Assembly (NCBI RefSeq): GCF_037042905.1
Contig: NC_087245.1
Span: 39,248,001 to 39,312,000 of the forward strand
From: Lytechinus pictus
Lineage: Eukaryota
Direction of reading: 5' to 3'
DNA: 64,000 bases
The notes below the pieces were generated by a model. That model was not told the origin of the DNA. It searched no databases and worked only from the letters and a program-made list of their open reading frames with translations. Below, piece by piece: positions 13,556 through 25,109 of this stretch. The position numbers were made by a program, and so were the translations under genes. Within the stretch, counting starts at the first letter, position 1; every line of letters starts with the position of its first letter.

Positions 13556-13686
13556 CAACTGTATATAAGGATGACATCACCATCTCTGATCTTCTTGCAG
13601 GCATATTCCTCAGAAATGGCTTTCTGTGCTAGGAATATCTTCTCTTTCACATAACCGTCTATGCAGTCACACAACCTCTGTTTTGC
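13556..13686 (-). CDS. EIF2B4: eIF2B delta coding exon 7
   Basis: 131 nt, phase 0/2, TG|gtaagt donor; AKQRLCDCIDGYVKEKIFLAQKAISEEYACKKIRDGDVILIYS. Confidence 0.93.
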
Positions 13687-13742
13687 CTATAAATGTAACA
13701 TAAAAGTCATAATTGTTGAAGAAGAAATCAAATATGTACCTG

Positions 13743-13914
13743 GGGGCCATTTCATAAAGCTGTTCGTAAGTTAAGAGCGACTTTAAGAACGACTGGTGAA
13801 CCTTTCTTACGCGCTAAATCAACGCCAATGGTGTACACCTTTTACCACAATAAAGGATCACCAGTCGTTCTTAAAGTCGCTCTTAACTTACGAACAGCTT
13901 TATGAAACACCCAC
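13743..13914. mobile_element. Harbinger-type short MITE with CWG flanks (relatives at ~4050-4190, 13359-13532, 15650-16355, 17006-18118, 38065-38188, 39108-39247, 54521-54687)
   Basis: ctg|GGGGCCATTTCATAAAGCTG...CAGCTTTATGAAACACCCAC|ctg. Confidence 0.8.
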
Positions 13915-14174
13915 CTGCCCATGGAGGATTATCTATTGGTACTGGGGGTGCTGTGACAATGCTCAGCACCACCAGAAACAATACAACTATCCTCTGTGGC
14001 CAAGTCCCAGAAAACAAACTGAAAGTGAACGAGTGATTTTCAAAATGAACCACCTGTAATAAACCAAGTACAACTCTGAAAGCATATATCAAATTCTGGT
14101 CCACTTCAACAAGAACTTGTTGGCTGTGTCAAACTATTTTCATGATCCTGAAGATAAAAAACCCCTCAAACATA

Positions 14175-14587
14175 CAGTGCGTCCCACAAAAAAGGAAACC
14201 CATCTTCAGAGATAGATTTCACAATTATTAGACATGTTTTTACTATAAATTTGATACTTATGATAAGAGTGGAATCTCAGCGTTAATCTGAATCCACTCC
14301 CATTTGAGGGATCTGTGAGAGAAACTTAACACAAGAATACAAAAGAAATGCTAATGAGCCAATCGTCGAATAAGCTTGTTTGTCGTATCACGAACCAATC
14401 TTGTCCAATATTTCTACGCAGCCTGATTTTGACATTAAAATTTCAAGTGTTCGTCACATATTAGGTATCTAAATGTGGAGGAATAATTGAATTGTATGAT
14501 TATGTAAATGATATATCATCATAAATTTGCCTTTAATGAAAAAAAAAGATGTGGGAATCCCAGTTTCCTTTTTTCTGGGACGCACTG
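14175..14587. mobile_element. Tc1/mariner-type MITE
   Basis: ta|CAGTGCGTCCCACAAAAAAGGAAAC...GTTTCCTTTTTTCTGGGACGCACTG|ta. Confidence 0.88.
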
Positions 14588-15084
14588 TAAATACCGAGCT
14601 ATTCAGAATAGACCAAAGGTTATTACTGAAATAATTTACCTCACTCAAAAGTAATATGGAATCATCGATCCATATCTCATGTGTAAAACAATGCAGGCAA
14701 GACAGTTGAATGCAACTAACACTTAGAACTACATGTATGTTTAAAGCTAGTACATGTTTGTGATAAAATATTAAACACTATATTTCATTTTTTTGTTTAA
14801 AAACATTTTTAAATCATTTAAAAAAACTTGATAAATTTGAAGGGCTTTTTAAAACGAAATGTATTCAATATTGAACTCTAAGGCTCCTATTCTCAAAACA
14901 GGTTTCATATGTGCCATGGTACAAAACCATAAACTATGCAGATTTTTGTAAACAATTACAATTATTTCATCGAATAAGCCTTCACTCAGAAAAGTCCAAT
15001 TACAAATGCTAGCTTTTAGGTAAGGGCACTATCAAAAGAGAAGTGCGATGATACAATAAATCTGCACATTCTATGGTCTTGTTA

Positions 15085-15408
15085 TTTTGTGCCTAGGCGA
15101 AAAGCAAATTGAATCACTATGACACACAGGTCTCTCCTCCCGATACAGCTGATAGGGGGAGTACAGGTGGACCACTACACCGCGGTTTCTCCTACTCTTA
15201 TACGAATAGAGCAGTGGGTTCGTAACATGCGCAGGGCCTCCATTTACATCCTATCTGAGGGACGGAGTGTTTTCCAATGTAACATGGCCTACATCTATAG
15301 AACAGGGGAGAGACTTAACACACAATGCAGGCTTCAGCCCATGGTGGACTCGAACCCACGACCTTGGATTCGACAGGCAGACCCTTTACAGACTGAGCCA
15401 ACTTCGTT
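15085..15408 (-). mobile_element. tRNA-derived SINE with Deu-domain-like core
   Basis: A box TGGCTCAGTCTG, B box GGTTCGAGTCC, then CCGTCCCTCAGATAGGATGTAAA..GAGG...GAACCCAC...AAGAGTAGG resembling the DeuSINE core (recognised from memory). Confidence 0.7.
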
Positions 15409-15467
15409 CTCTGTACCATGGTACAATTGAAACCTCTTTTAAGAATTGGGACCAATGTGTTTCTGAC

Positions 15468-15570
15468 CTCTTTATCTGACATTCCTTGTGGAATATTATT
15501 GATCTGCATCTTGAGGTACTTGATGGCATTACCCATGCTGACTGACTTGGGACGACACTGGTTCAGGAAG
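15468..15570 (-). CDS. EIF2B4: eIF2B delta coding exon 6
   Basis: 103 nt, phase 2/0; FLNQCRPKSVSMGNAIKYLKMQINNIPQGMSDKE with conserved CRPxSVSMGNAI. Confidence 0.93.
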
Positions 15571-15793
15571 CTGAAATAAAAGAATACTTGATATGGCGCA
15601 TTCATGGATTTGAGAAGATTTACAGAAAACTGTTGGTTGGAGTACTTGGTGGGTGTTTTATAAAGCTGTTCGAAAGTTATAAGAGCGACTTTAAGAACGA
15701 CTGGAGAACCTTTCTTACACGCTAAATAATCACTAATAAACATTTAATGGTGGATATCATTTACCACAAGAAAGGATCACCAGTCGCTCTTAA

Positions 15794-16094
15794 AGGGGAA
15801 TCCAGCCTTGGTCACAAAATGTTGTGTTGGAAAGAAGAAAAATAAATAAAAAAGAATGATAAAAGTTTGAAAGAAATCGGACAAGCAATAACAAAGTTAT
15901 GGCTGTTTTAAAATTGAGATCCCTAAGACTATGTAGTTTTCAAATTGGCAACTGGGTAAGTAAATTATGACAAGGGGCAAGGACAACTTTCCCATAGGCC
16001 ATATACTCCGATATAGATCAAATTTTCACATATCAACGTGTCTGATTTTCCTTTTCCCTCTAAAAGCAAGTTTTTATTTGGGTTGGATTCCCCT
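15794..16094. mobile_element. TTAA-specific Kolobok-like MITE nested in a Harbinger-type MITE
   Basis: ttaa|AGGGGAATCCAGCC...GGTTGGATTCCCCT|ttaa; host halves rejoin to match the intact copy at 13743-13914. Confidence 0.88.
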
Positions 16095-17183
16095 TTAAAG
16101 TCACTCTCAACTTACGAGCAGCTTGATGAAACGGCCCCCGGTGGGTGTTTCATAAAGCTGTTTGTAAGTTACAAATGACTTTACACACGACTGGTGACCC
16201 TTTCTTGTGGTACATGGTATATTCCCAATGTAGCTGACATAGCACCCAAGAACAAGTTCCAGTCATGAGTAACATATGGATATATCATTTAGCACAATAA
16301 AGAGTCACCACTCATCAGTCGTGCATACTTTAAGAACAGCTATATGAAACACCAAACAAGTTGTTGAACACTGGCTCAACCCATTCACAAAATATCAATA
16401 TACCAGAAAAGGAAATTTGCCCTCGTCACAGCCCAAACTGCCCTTCAAACTACCCTAAATGAATGCTTTGGGGTGACCATCTTTTCTTGAGTTGCTCCAT
16501 TAACTATGATTAAAAAAAAATCAATATTCTGCATTCAGCAAAATAATGATATTTTGCATTTACCACATACTGTAATTGCTCTTTGCATAAAAAGTAGCAC
16601 TTGAAAAGTAATAGCTCAAAAATTTCAGCAATTGCTTCAATGGGTGAAAAAAATAACCCCTAAAAGTAACCATTTCCTTCCTTACAATTAACCTATAAGA
16701 CACATACCACATGTATGTAATTCATGATGAAATGCATTTTCATACAAACAGTGTATTTCCTGGTTGATTTGCTAACATATACTTCATCATATTCAAACTT
16801 TTTCATGCCATGCTCAGTTCACACATTTGCGTAATTGGCTTGAGTTTTGCCCGAATGCAGGCATAGGCAGTTCAACCCAACGAATCACAATGAAATATTC
16901 TAACAGGCCAAATATGCAGACTAGAACATATGTCGGTGCTAAGTTGCTCGCTTGTCTTAGATATTTGTAAACTATAGTTTGTAAAGAGTGGTAAAGCTGA
17001 AAAGAGAAACCCAGTTAGGATTCATTGCACTATATTTATTATCATGGTTATAATTATGGCAACTTTGCCATTCAATGGCAAATTGGTTACCTCCATGGAA
17101 TCATTGATGTTAATTGGCTCCTGAGCATTTTTGCCATGATAGTTACCATTAGACAGTTTTAGACACCAAAGTCACCATGATAC

Positions 17184-18085
17184 TAGCCTCTTGTCGAGGG
17201 CCTGGCGGCTGCTTCCCGAGCGAAGCGAGTGATATAGCGAAGCAGAGCGCAGCGAGCCAGGGCCTCTTGACATCTGAGCCGAATTTCACAGACTTTCTTT
17301 TGTTTTTTATGGTTTTTACCAATATTCCGACCAAAAACTGGTCGGTGAAAATCATCCAATGAGAGCGCGGGCTGCTATGACGTCATATTGAATATTCATG
17401 AGCTCATCTTGAATGGCGACCCGTGGATTCTTGGTGAAGAGTGACGACGAAATATCAAAGAGCATTGAATATGCCTCTAAAATGCTGAATATTTACGGAT
17501 TTAAGGATTTGCAAGTCGATGAAATTAAATCTGCACTGAAAGGACGAGATGTTTTTTTAAATCTACCCACAGGATATGGAAAAAAATGTAATCTTTCATG
17601 CGATTCCACTATGCGTTGATTATCGATCTCCGCAGTGCAGTGAAGGAATGCTGGAGTACGAGTCGAGTTGTTCAGTTGGTGCTTGACTTGATCGAGTCTG
17701 ACCAGGCCGATCTCCCGGGAAGTTTCGGGGCGGTGATGGGTCTGTTACGGCTAGTACTACTAGTAGTAGTACCACTACTTGTAGCATTTTGCTGGTTACA
17801 TCCCCTTTAGTGTCCCGAAATGAAATGAATCCCCTGCAGAATATTGGACTACTAGTATTCCGAACCCCGGACGACACAGCTTTGACATTTCATTGTTTAC
17901 TAGGTGACCGGTATATTCATGACTAATGACGTCATGTATATTCATTAGGAAGACATTCCTCATGAATATATAATATAATTCAGCTCAGATGTCAAGAGGC
18001 CCTGGCTCACTGCGCTCGCCAGGCCTAATTCGCTAATCCCTCGCTTCGCTCGGGAAGCAGCCGCCAGGGCCTCGACAAGAGGCTA
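17184..18085 (+). mobile_element. Non-autonomous AcademH-type DNA transposon (902 bp) in an EIF2B4 intron
   Basis: About 100-bp imperfect TIRs TAGCCTCTTGTCGAGG...CCTCGACAAGAGGCTA; 9-bp TSD ccatgatac/ccataatac; internal RecQ-like fragment. Confidence 0.85.
17413..17623 (+). pseudogene. Truncated, frameshifted RecQ-like SF2 helicase N-terminus carried by the Academ element
   Basis: GFKDLQVDEIKSALKGRDVFLNLPTGYGK = Q-motif + motif I; removing one A of the A-run continues as GKNVIFHAIPLCVDY. Confidence 0.85.
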
Positions 18086-18237
18086 CCATAATACTAACTT
18101 TTATGCAAAAGAACCCTGGTAATTATGATTCAACCCATGCATGCAACAATTCTATTGTTTTCAAAAATATGACAAAAATTTACAAACGTTAGGAATGAAC
18201 AGGATCTGCAAGGAAATGTAATGAAAATGGTACTTAC

Positions 18238-18345
18238 CTGATGTACGGTTTGATCTTGTTATCTAGATCTCTGGACAGATCTTTCTGTGGAGGCGTGCTA
18301 TAATCTGCTATGACCTGTTTGAAGGCTACTAGTAATGCTATACAC
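18238..18345 (-). CDS. EIF2B4: eIF2B delta coding exon 5
   Basis: 108 nt, phase 2/2, AG|gtaagt donor; [35 protein letters not shown]. Confidence 0.93.
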
Positions 18346-19042
18346 CTGTAGATGTGAAAAACAATACGGTGAAGATTATACGGGCCTGAATTCACAAATG
18401 TGGGTTGGAATATATGTTCTAAAACCTTTGTAGATGAAGATTTCAGGCATTATTTAGCATGCATATTAAAAAGAGTCCATACATGTGCATCTTTCACACA
18501 CTGCTATAACACTTGATAAACGTTATAGCATATAAACATACCCCCCCCAAAAAAAAACAAAAAAAAAACAAAAAAAAAAAAAATTGAAGAAGTAAAAAAA
18601 AACAGCTATAAGTACTAAAAAAAGCACATTAATCAGAATAATGTGATCAATGTATAGTCATATGTGCATTTAGTTATCAATGACTGAACAAGAAATAAAA
18701 TATTCATCACTGACCAGGGAATAATTTTCCTGGTATCGCATCGCAATCTGCTCCACATTTTTGAAAGACTGCTATGCATAAAGTCTTTTGTATAGCATAT
18801 TTTTACATAGGACTGTGCATTACATAGTTGAGAGCTTTTCTCTCATGACCAAAAATGCTATTCAAATTTGTAAAGCAAAATTATTCCCAGTCACAAGATT
18901 TTCTGCTCTAAATCTGTCTTGATAACAGTGTATAGGAATCATTTAACAGAAGTAGCACCCTGTATAAAATTTGTTGTTGCTGGTATTGGTTTTAGATGTA
19001 TAATTGAGTTTGTTTTCCATAGCTCCAGCACCTAACTGACAA

Positions 19043-19507
19043 AAATGATCCAAATTGCATTCTTGATACATGTAACTCCACTTCTAGTGAGATTCAACCT
19101 TCACCAACACCAAAAGTCCAACACCAAACAAGACACCCCCAGTAATCCAGAGACAAACCTAAAGTCAACACATATAAATGATTCTAATTGCATTTTTGAT
19201 ACCCCTAGTAAGATTAATCCCAAGACTAGCTTCATTTAAAGTTTGGTGCTTAGATGATGTGAAAATCAACCCAACACCAAAACCAAGGGATCAACAAATA
19301 AACTTAACACACCCAATGATCTAGAGACATACCGAAAGTCAACTCTTTAAAATGATCCAAATTGCATTTTTTATACCCCTTATGAGATCCATTTAAGACT
19401 ATTTTCATTCTAGGTTTGGTGCCAAGATGATGTGAAAATCAACCTAACACCAACACCAAAAGGTCAACACCAAAACTAGACACCCTGAATGATCGAGAGA
19501 CAAACCT
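19043..19507. repeat. Degenerate tandem repeat, period ~173 bp, overlapping the EIF2B4 exon-4 donor
   Basis: AGACA(A/T)ACC at 19151, 19325, 19498; AAATGAT(C/T)C(A/T)AATTGCATT at ~19043, 19177, 19349. Confidence 0.8.
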
Positions 19508-19681
19508 GGAGTTGGCTCCTGATATGATTCCTTCAGCGTACTGCAAACCCAACTTGATGACGGCCGGATGGATACCACCGGAACCAAAGCCAAGACGGCT
19601 CGTTAGCGAGACCTGTCGTTCAAACTGGTTCAGGTGAGAGAACAGACCAACTTTCTTCTGACTTTCGACCCTCTGTGGCAC
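19506..19681 (-). CDS. EIF2B4: eIF2B delta coding exon 4
   Basis: 176 nt, phase 0/2, AG|gtttgt donor; VPQRVESQKKVGLFSHLNQFER...IHPAVIKLGLQYAEGIISGANS. Confidence 0.93.
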
Positions 19682-20079
19682 CTACAGTTATGATAATGAT
19701 GATGATAGCTGGAACTTATTATACATTGCTCTCTCAAGACAATACAAACTCACAACTATTATTACCACAGATTCAGCCAGAGTTGCAACTTCCAGCACTT
19801 AGTGCAATGAAGAAACTAATCCTGTCAAGTATACATTCACCTAACAATGGATTTTCACATCAATGGGACATATTGGTCAATGAAAAATCAATTGTAAAAT
19901 TTGACACCCACATATGAAGGAATGAAGCCAGGATGGGGGAGAGGGGGGGGGGGACACACAGGGCATATGCAGCCCCCTTTACCCCAAATTTGTACACAAA
20001 TCGTAATATAGAACTGTTTGGTATATCATGCATTTATCAGGATGAAGGTTTTATTTTTGCTTTTTGAGAAAAGGGTCTG

Positions 20080-20888
20080 TAGGGACAGTGATTTTCCGTT
20101 TCAAAAAATTGCCTTTTCCGTTTCAGAAAATCTCAAATTCCGTTTCAGCATGTCAGAAAACGGAAATTCCGTTTCCCCATAGACTTTGTACACACAGAAA
20201 AGTGACAATTCCGTTTACACATTGAATAGCAAAATCACAACACGCACACTCGCACTGGTCAAAATTTGTATCTGCTACTGTACCAACAACACAATAAAAT
20301 CTGTTCTAATCGGATCTATGCGGGTGCATAAAATATTTTTACACACCTATTTTGCATGCATACATCCTCACCTTTCATATTATTAGCATTATTTCACGGT
20401 GAAATGATATTTCATCGATAATTTTGGGGGTTTTTGGACATCGTTATCATCAGTCAACGGCTATTGCCAATCCGCCATCTTGGATTTTAAGACCACGATA
20501 TCGTGCTGTTACATCTTCAAACGTAGAGGGCAGCAACACACGACCGTGTAAGGAGTTGAACGATATGTGTGCATGTTAAGCCCAACCCGGCCGGCCGCCG
20601 GGTACGGGTACAGTGCGGGGTACAATCGAGTGTGCTGATGTCAAGTGCAGTCACGATGTGTGAATTGTCATGATAGTAGCGAAGTGACATCGTGTTTTCT
20701 GGGTTTTTTGGGCCATTTAATATTCTCATTTTGTTGTGATTTTGGAGTAATTTCTGTTGCTATTATGTGTATTTTGAGGGAAAATACGTTTTCCGTGATT
20801 TTCCGTTTGAAATGCCACTTTCCGTTTCAAAATGCCCTTTCCGTGAATTCCGTCCGTTTTCCACGATCGCGGAAAATCACTGTCCCTA
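20080..20888. mobile_element. Longer member of the same 6-bp-TSD family (hAT-like termini)
   Basis: TIRs TAGGGACAGTGATTTTCCG/CGGAAAATCACTGTCCCTA, TSD ggtctg on both sides. Confidence 0.88.
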
Positions 20889-21804
20889 GGTCTGTTTTCA
20901 TAGAAATTACCTTTCTTTATTGTTTTTTTTTTTTTTTTTTTTGGGGGGGGGGGCTCCCCTCTATTCTAAAATTCAGGATCCATCCTAGCACACATAGTAC
21001 CACACAGACCTTCAACAGACCAAAAATAGATTACAGTAGCTTAGGTCGATAAATACCGACGAACCAGTGTTGGTCACTTTTGGGGTACATAAAAGATCAA
21101 ATGCAGAAGAAAACAGCAGCATGACACATTTTATCATTCTTGATGTTACTAGTACATCTGAAAGTGAGAAAGTTTAAGTACAGTGAATGTCTCAAGAATA
21201 GATTGTTAAGCAATCCTATCTTTAGAATTATTATTATGAATTATTTTATCAGCCTCAATCCCATATCTCAAAGTAATCTCTGTTCCATTCTTAATGGATT
21301 TCATATCTCAAAGGTTGTGTTTTTTTATTTAAAGGTTCTATAACTATGATTAATTCTGTTGCAATAACTTGATTCTGAATCTCGATTTCATAACTTCATA
21401 ATGAAAATCAAATCTGAATTATATTTCTGACCTTTTTGTTGTATAATTTTAAGTTTAAAACAGGCTTTTTTTCCCCCAATACACAATTATCAGAATCCCA
21501 TGCTAGATTTATCTACTGAAATCTCACTTATGCATGACTCAATCAACCAACTGTTTCTCATTTATATGTGAATCATTTTTTTGAAGTGTATATACAATCT
21601 TCAAATGTAAATAATATTAAATGTAAACGTTGCACAATTAGTCTTCGGACTAGAGCATTGTATTCTGTTTTATATCTAATAAACCGAATTGAATTGAATT
21701 GAATATAATTCAAGCAAGGTTTAACTGGTGTTTCACATTATAATTTGAATAAAAATTCAATTGGGTGTTTGTAAATGTACTATTAGCTCTCAGATGGTAA
21801 TTAC

Positions 21805-21902
21805 CTGTTGACGTTCAAGTTTCTTTGCTCTTCTTTTCTGCACGTTAGGATCATCCAGTTTGATGTCATCTGAGACCCTGTAAAGATCTTTCTTGGAATG
21901 AG
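21805..21902 (-). CDS. EIF2B4: eIF2B delta coding exon 3
   Basis: 98 nt, phase 1/0, CAG|gtaatt donor; HSKKDLYRVSDDIKLDDPNVQKRRAKKLERQQ; phases fit both neighbours. Confidence 0.88.
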
Positions 21903-22342
21903 CTAAATGAGGGAAAAAATATGTTGAATATGAATAGTAATAATCTGGATCAGTATTCTAAACATCGTCTCTTCTATATACTTTATCTTTTTTTCAGAGA
22001 TATGACGTTATCAGTATTCCTGTTGGATGTCAAGTTTTGTCATAAAAATTGACATAAATTTTGTCTTTTCTCTATAACCGTTTGTGTTAAAAAAATGTGA
22101 ATTTATAAATGCACATAATCCCATTACAGGCAAAAGATATGATAAAATGTACGACATGATGTACATGATGTAGCACTCATATATCTTTTAGTACCATAAT
22201 ATCCCAATACCATGCTGTCTGTATGGCAAGCACACAATTATACTGTTAACCCACCAGTTGTGTGCGGTATTGGTCACAACACACAGGGCACCCACTACCA
22301 CGTATCCATAAATCAGATAAGGCGTAAAAGCATGACTCTTAA

Positions 22343-23005
22343 CCCTAACTAGGCCGGGCTTTTTTGGCTGTTCTGTGGCCGGGGGGGGGTTGATTCAACC
22401 CCCCCTGAGATCTCGGCCGCCGATCGCGCGAGTGCCGCAAAAATTTGCACGCTGGTAGTGTGCGATGTAATCTACAAGGCTGTATGGTAAAATGTTCCAA
22501 AATAATGAGATGTTATTTTATATGAATTAATTATGCTAATTATGCATAAATCATACTTTTTGCTTTAATTCACTAAATAAAGCTCCTAGAATGCTAATTT
22601 TTGGTAAAAATATTCTTTGTAGCATTCTTATCAATGGTAATTGAAAAAAACTTCGGTTTGGAAATCAATTTCTTATGTATTTTATTGTTTTATGAATTTC
22701 TCATGTATTTCTTTGTTTTTCAACCTTTTGTTTTTCTTTGTTTTTTTCACCAGATTTATTGCACAACCTTTTTGAAGCATAATTATGCTAAAATCAATTG
22801 CTTTCAGCTGTTCAAAGTAAAAATAATCATATCTTTATGAATAAGATGAGAAAACTCAATTTGCATTGACTTTGTACACAAAATCACGTTTTGGAACAAT
22901 TTTTGGTCTGACATGCAGTGGCGTGGTCAAAAAATTTCGCGCGGCGGAATAATCGCAGAAAATGTTGAGGGGGGGGTTGATTCAACCCCCCCGGCCATTT
23001 TAGGG
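22343..23005. mobile_element. piggyBac-type MITE
   Basis: ttaa|CCCTAACTAGGCCGGG...CCGGCCATTTTAGGG|ttaa; subterminal GGGGGGTTGATTCAACCCCCC palindromes at both ends. Confidence 0.88.
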
Positions 23006-23138
23006 TTAAGTCATGCATCTTTTTTTAACACTCATCTGCTTTGAGTTAGGCAATTATTTGACTGATGGAAGGTTGACTTGGCAGAGTCTTATGTACACCA
23101 TTATCATCATTATAATCATTATCTAAAATTCTGATATA

Positions 23139-23509
23139 CAAATAATGAATGTTTATGAGTGCAATGGACAGAATACTTCATGAGGTGAAAGATGAAATGA
23201 TCCATTCAACGAGGCGTAGCGGAGTTGAATGGATCATTCATTTCATCTTTCACCGAATGAAGTATTCTGTCCATTACACTCATAAACATTCATTATTTGG
23301 TTTATATGACACCTAAAATAGATTCTTTTTCATATGAAATTTGTGAATTTCGATGCAAAATATGCTCATGCAGCGCCAGCTCGGTCTGTTGATTGCATGA
23401 TGAATGGATCTAAAATTGCACGGTTGATGACGTCATTGTAAAATGGGCTGAATGATCAATATCGACCAACCAATCAAATGACAAGGATCTATCTAGGTGT
23501 CATATAAAC
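23139..23509. mobile_element. Double-hairpin non-autonomous element (possibly Crypton-type)
   Basis: About 70-bp-arm inverted repeat 23139-23299 around CGAGGCGTAGCGGAG, abutting second IR TTTATATGACACCTA...TAGGTGTCATATAAA. Confidence 0.6.
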
Positions 23510-23620
23510 AAGAATGGTCCTTACACAGATTATGCAGAAACACCAATACACTTAGAATAATTTGAAAATGCACAGCTACCTCGAATATGAAACTCTATTT
23601 GAAAAGAAAGTTTAACTCAC

Positions 23621-23780
23621 TTTCTCCAGTTTGTTTACCAGCTTTACTCTGGAGCTGGCCACTGGATCCACTGCTCGGGAGCGAACTGCTCCCCCCTCCG
23701 GCTCCTGATCCCCCTCCTGCTCCGCCCGAAGGCACAGGCTCACCGGACTTCTTTGCCAATTTGGCGGCTCTCTCTGCCTC
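23621..23780 (-). CDS. EIF2B4: eIF2B delta coding exon 2 (Gly/Ser-rich disordered N-terminal tail)
   Basis: 160 nt, phase 0/1, A|gtgagt donor; EAERAAKLAKKSGEPVPSGGAGGGSGAGGGSSS..., completes the KAERRAKQ|EAERA motif. Confidence 0.9.
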
Positions 23781-24857
23781 CTAAAAGACCAAATAAAAAA
23801 GAAAATCGGATCACAATTCCAAAAAGAATAAATGAATCAGGTTCAGAAGTTGATTTGCTATTGGATTGAATAAGATATCAATTACAAAAGCAAACAATTT
23901 CCATTCTCGGCCACCAGTATGAGCTTTTACCCCACATTCTGAAAATCTAGATTAGATTTAGATTTATTTATTTCCGTTCAACAAAATAAACAAATATAAT
24001 CGGAGTAATAGTACATATTCAAAACAATATAGACAGTTCAATGACATTTTATAACAAATATAGAAGATAAATTAACAGAACTGCTAAGAAATAAATTCAA
24101 TGTCAATCCCATAAGACTAAATTAGCATAAACTTTGAAGTTGAAATCTTAATTATCAAGGATGTTAGATCGCATTTCTTATCTATTTAGAGAAAAGGCAA
24201 TTATATTTTAGATGACCTCTGTGACCTTCAAACTTTGTCCATGTGACCTAAAAACTACTTAGATAATCGTCCTCTCTATTGCATGAGACAATTTAATTAG
24301 TCAAACATTTCAAAGACAAGTAATTTTCTGGTACTTGTACATATAATAAATAACCTATGATATGACCTCCAACTGTTAACCTACATACCCCAAAAATAAT
24401 TAGATCATGTCAATTCCATGAGCCAAATGTAAAGTTGATTATAAATCAAATGGTCTATATTTTACTATAAGAACTAAAATGAATAGAAGGACTTGACAAG
24501 GTCTCTGACGACTACCCTGGTAAGAGGAGGCAATGCATAACAGTAAACAAAAAGATCTGAAAAAAAAAAATTTGAATAACAAATTAACAGGCAAATAGTC
24601 AACGTTGGAGTGAACTTTTTTGTCCATGAGGTATTTGCTGTTTAAAGATGGAAGCGAATAACTTTCAAGAATACACCATAAAACAACAACAAAATAGATA
24701 ATCTACCTGTAAATGAAAGCTGTAAAACCAACTCTGCAATAGATGTAGCCCGTCTTGTGATACATCTTCCGAAACATTTTTAACTTCTTCAGTAGGCTTT
24801 TCAAACTAAACGACATCAATTCTTCTCACCCAACAGCTTTATTTTACCACAACTGAC

Positions 24858-25109
24858 CTGCTTAGCCCTCCTCTCAGCCTTTAATTCTGCCTTGCTCTTT
24901 GCAGGGGCCTGAGCCAGATCTTTTTCTTTCTGCTGCTCCGCAAGCTGCTTCTGTTTCAGCATCTTCCTCTCCTTCTTAGATAACTTCTTTTCACCTCCCT
25001 CGCCCCCTGCAGCATCACCTCCATCTTGAGTTGGTGTCACACCCTCCTTGACCTTCTTCCCTTCGCTCGTTGTGGAGGGGTGCGCTGCGGCTTTGGCTAC
25101 TTCAGCCAT
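24858..25109 (-). CDS. EIF2B4: eIF2B delta coding exon 1 (ATG at 25109; exon acceptor 2 nt upstream at 25111)
   Basis: aacaacAG|GA ATG GCT; MAEVAK...KSKAELKAERRAKQ, CAG|gtcagt donor; ten exons sum to 1587 nt = 528 aa + stop. Confidence 0.9.

Noticed and set aside
17413..17619. Host RecQ helicase gene nested in EIF2B4
   Set aside because: Truncated after motif I, frameshifted, and enclosed by TIRs and TSD
17620..17890. Transposase remnant on the minus strand of the Academ element
   Set aside because: Position fits but no motif was recognisable in any frame
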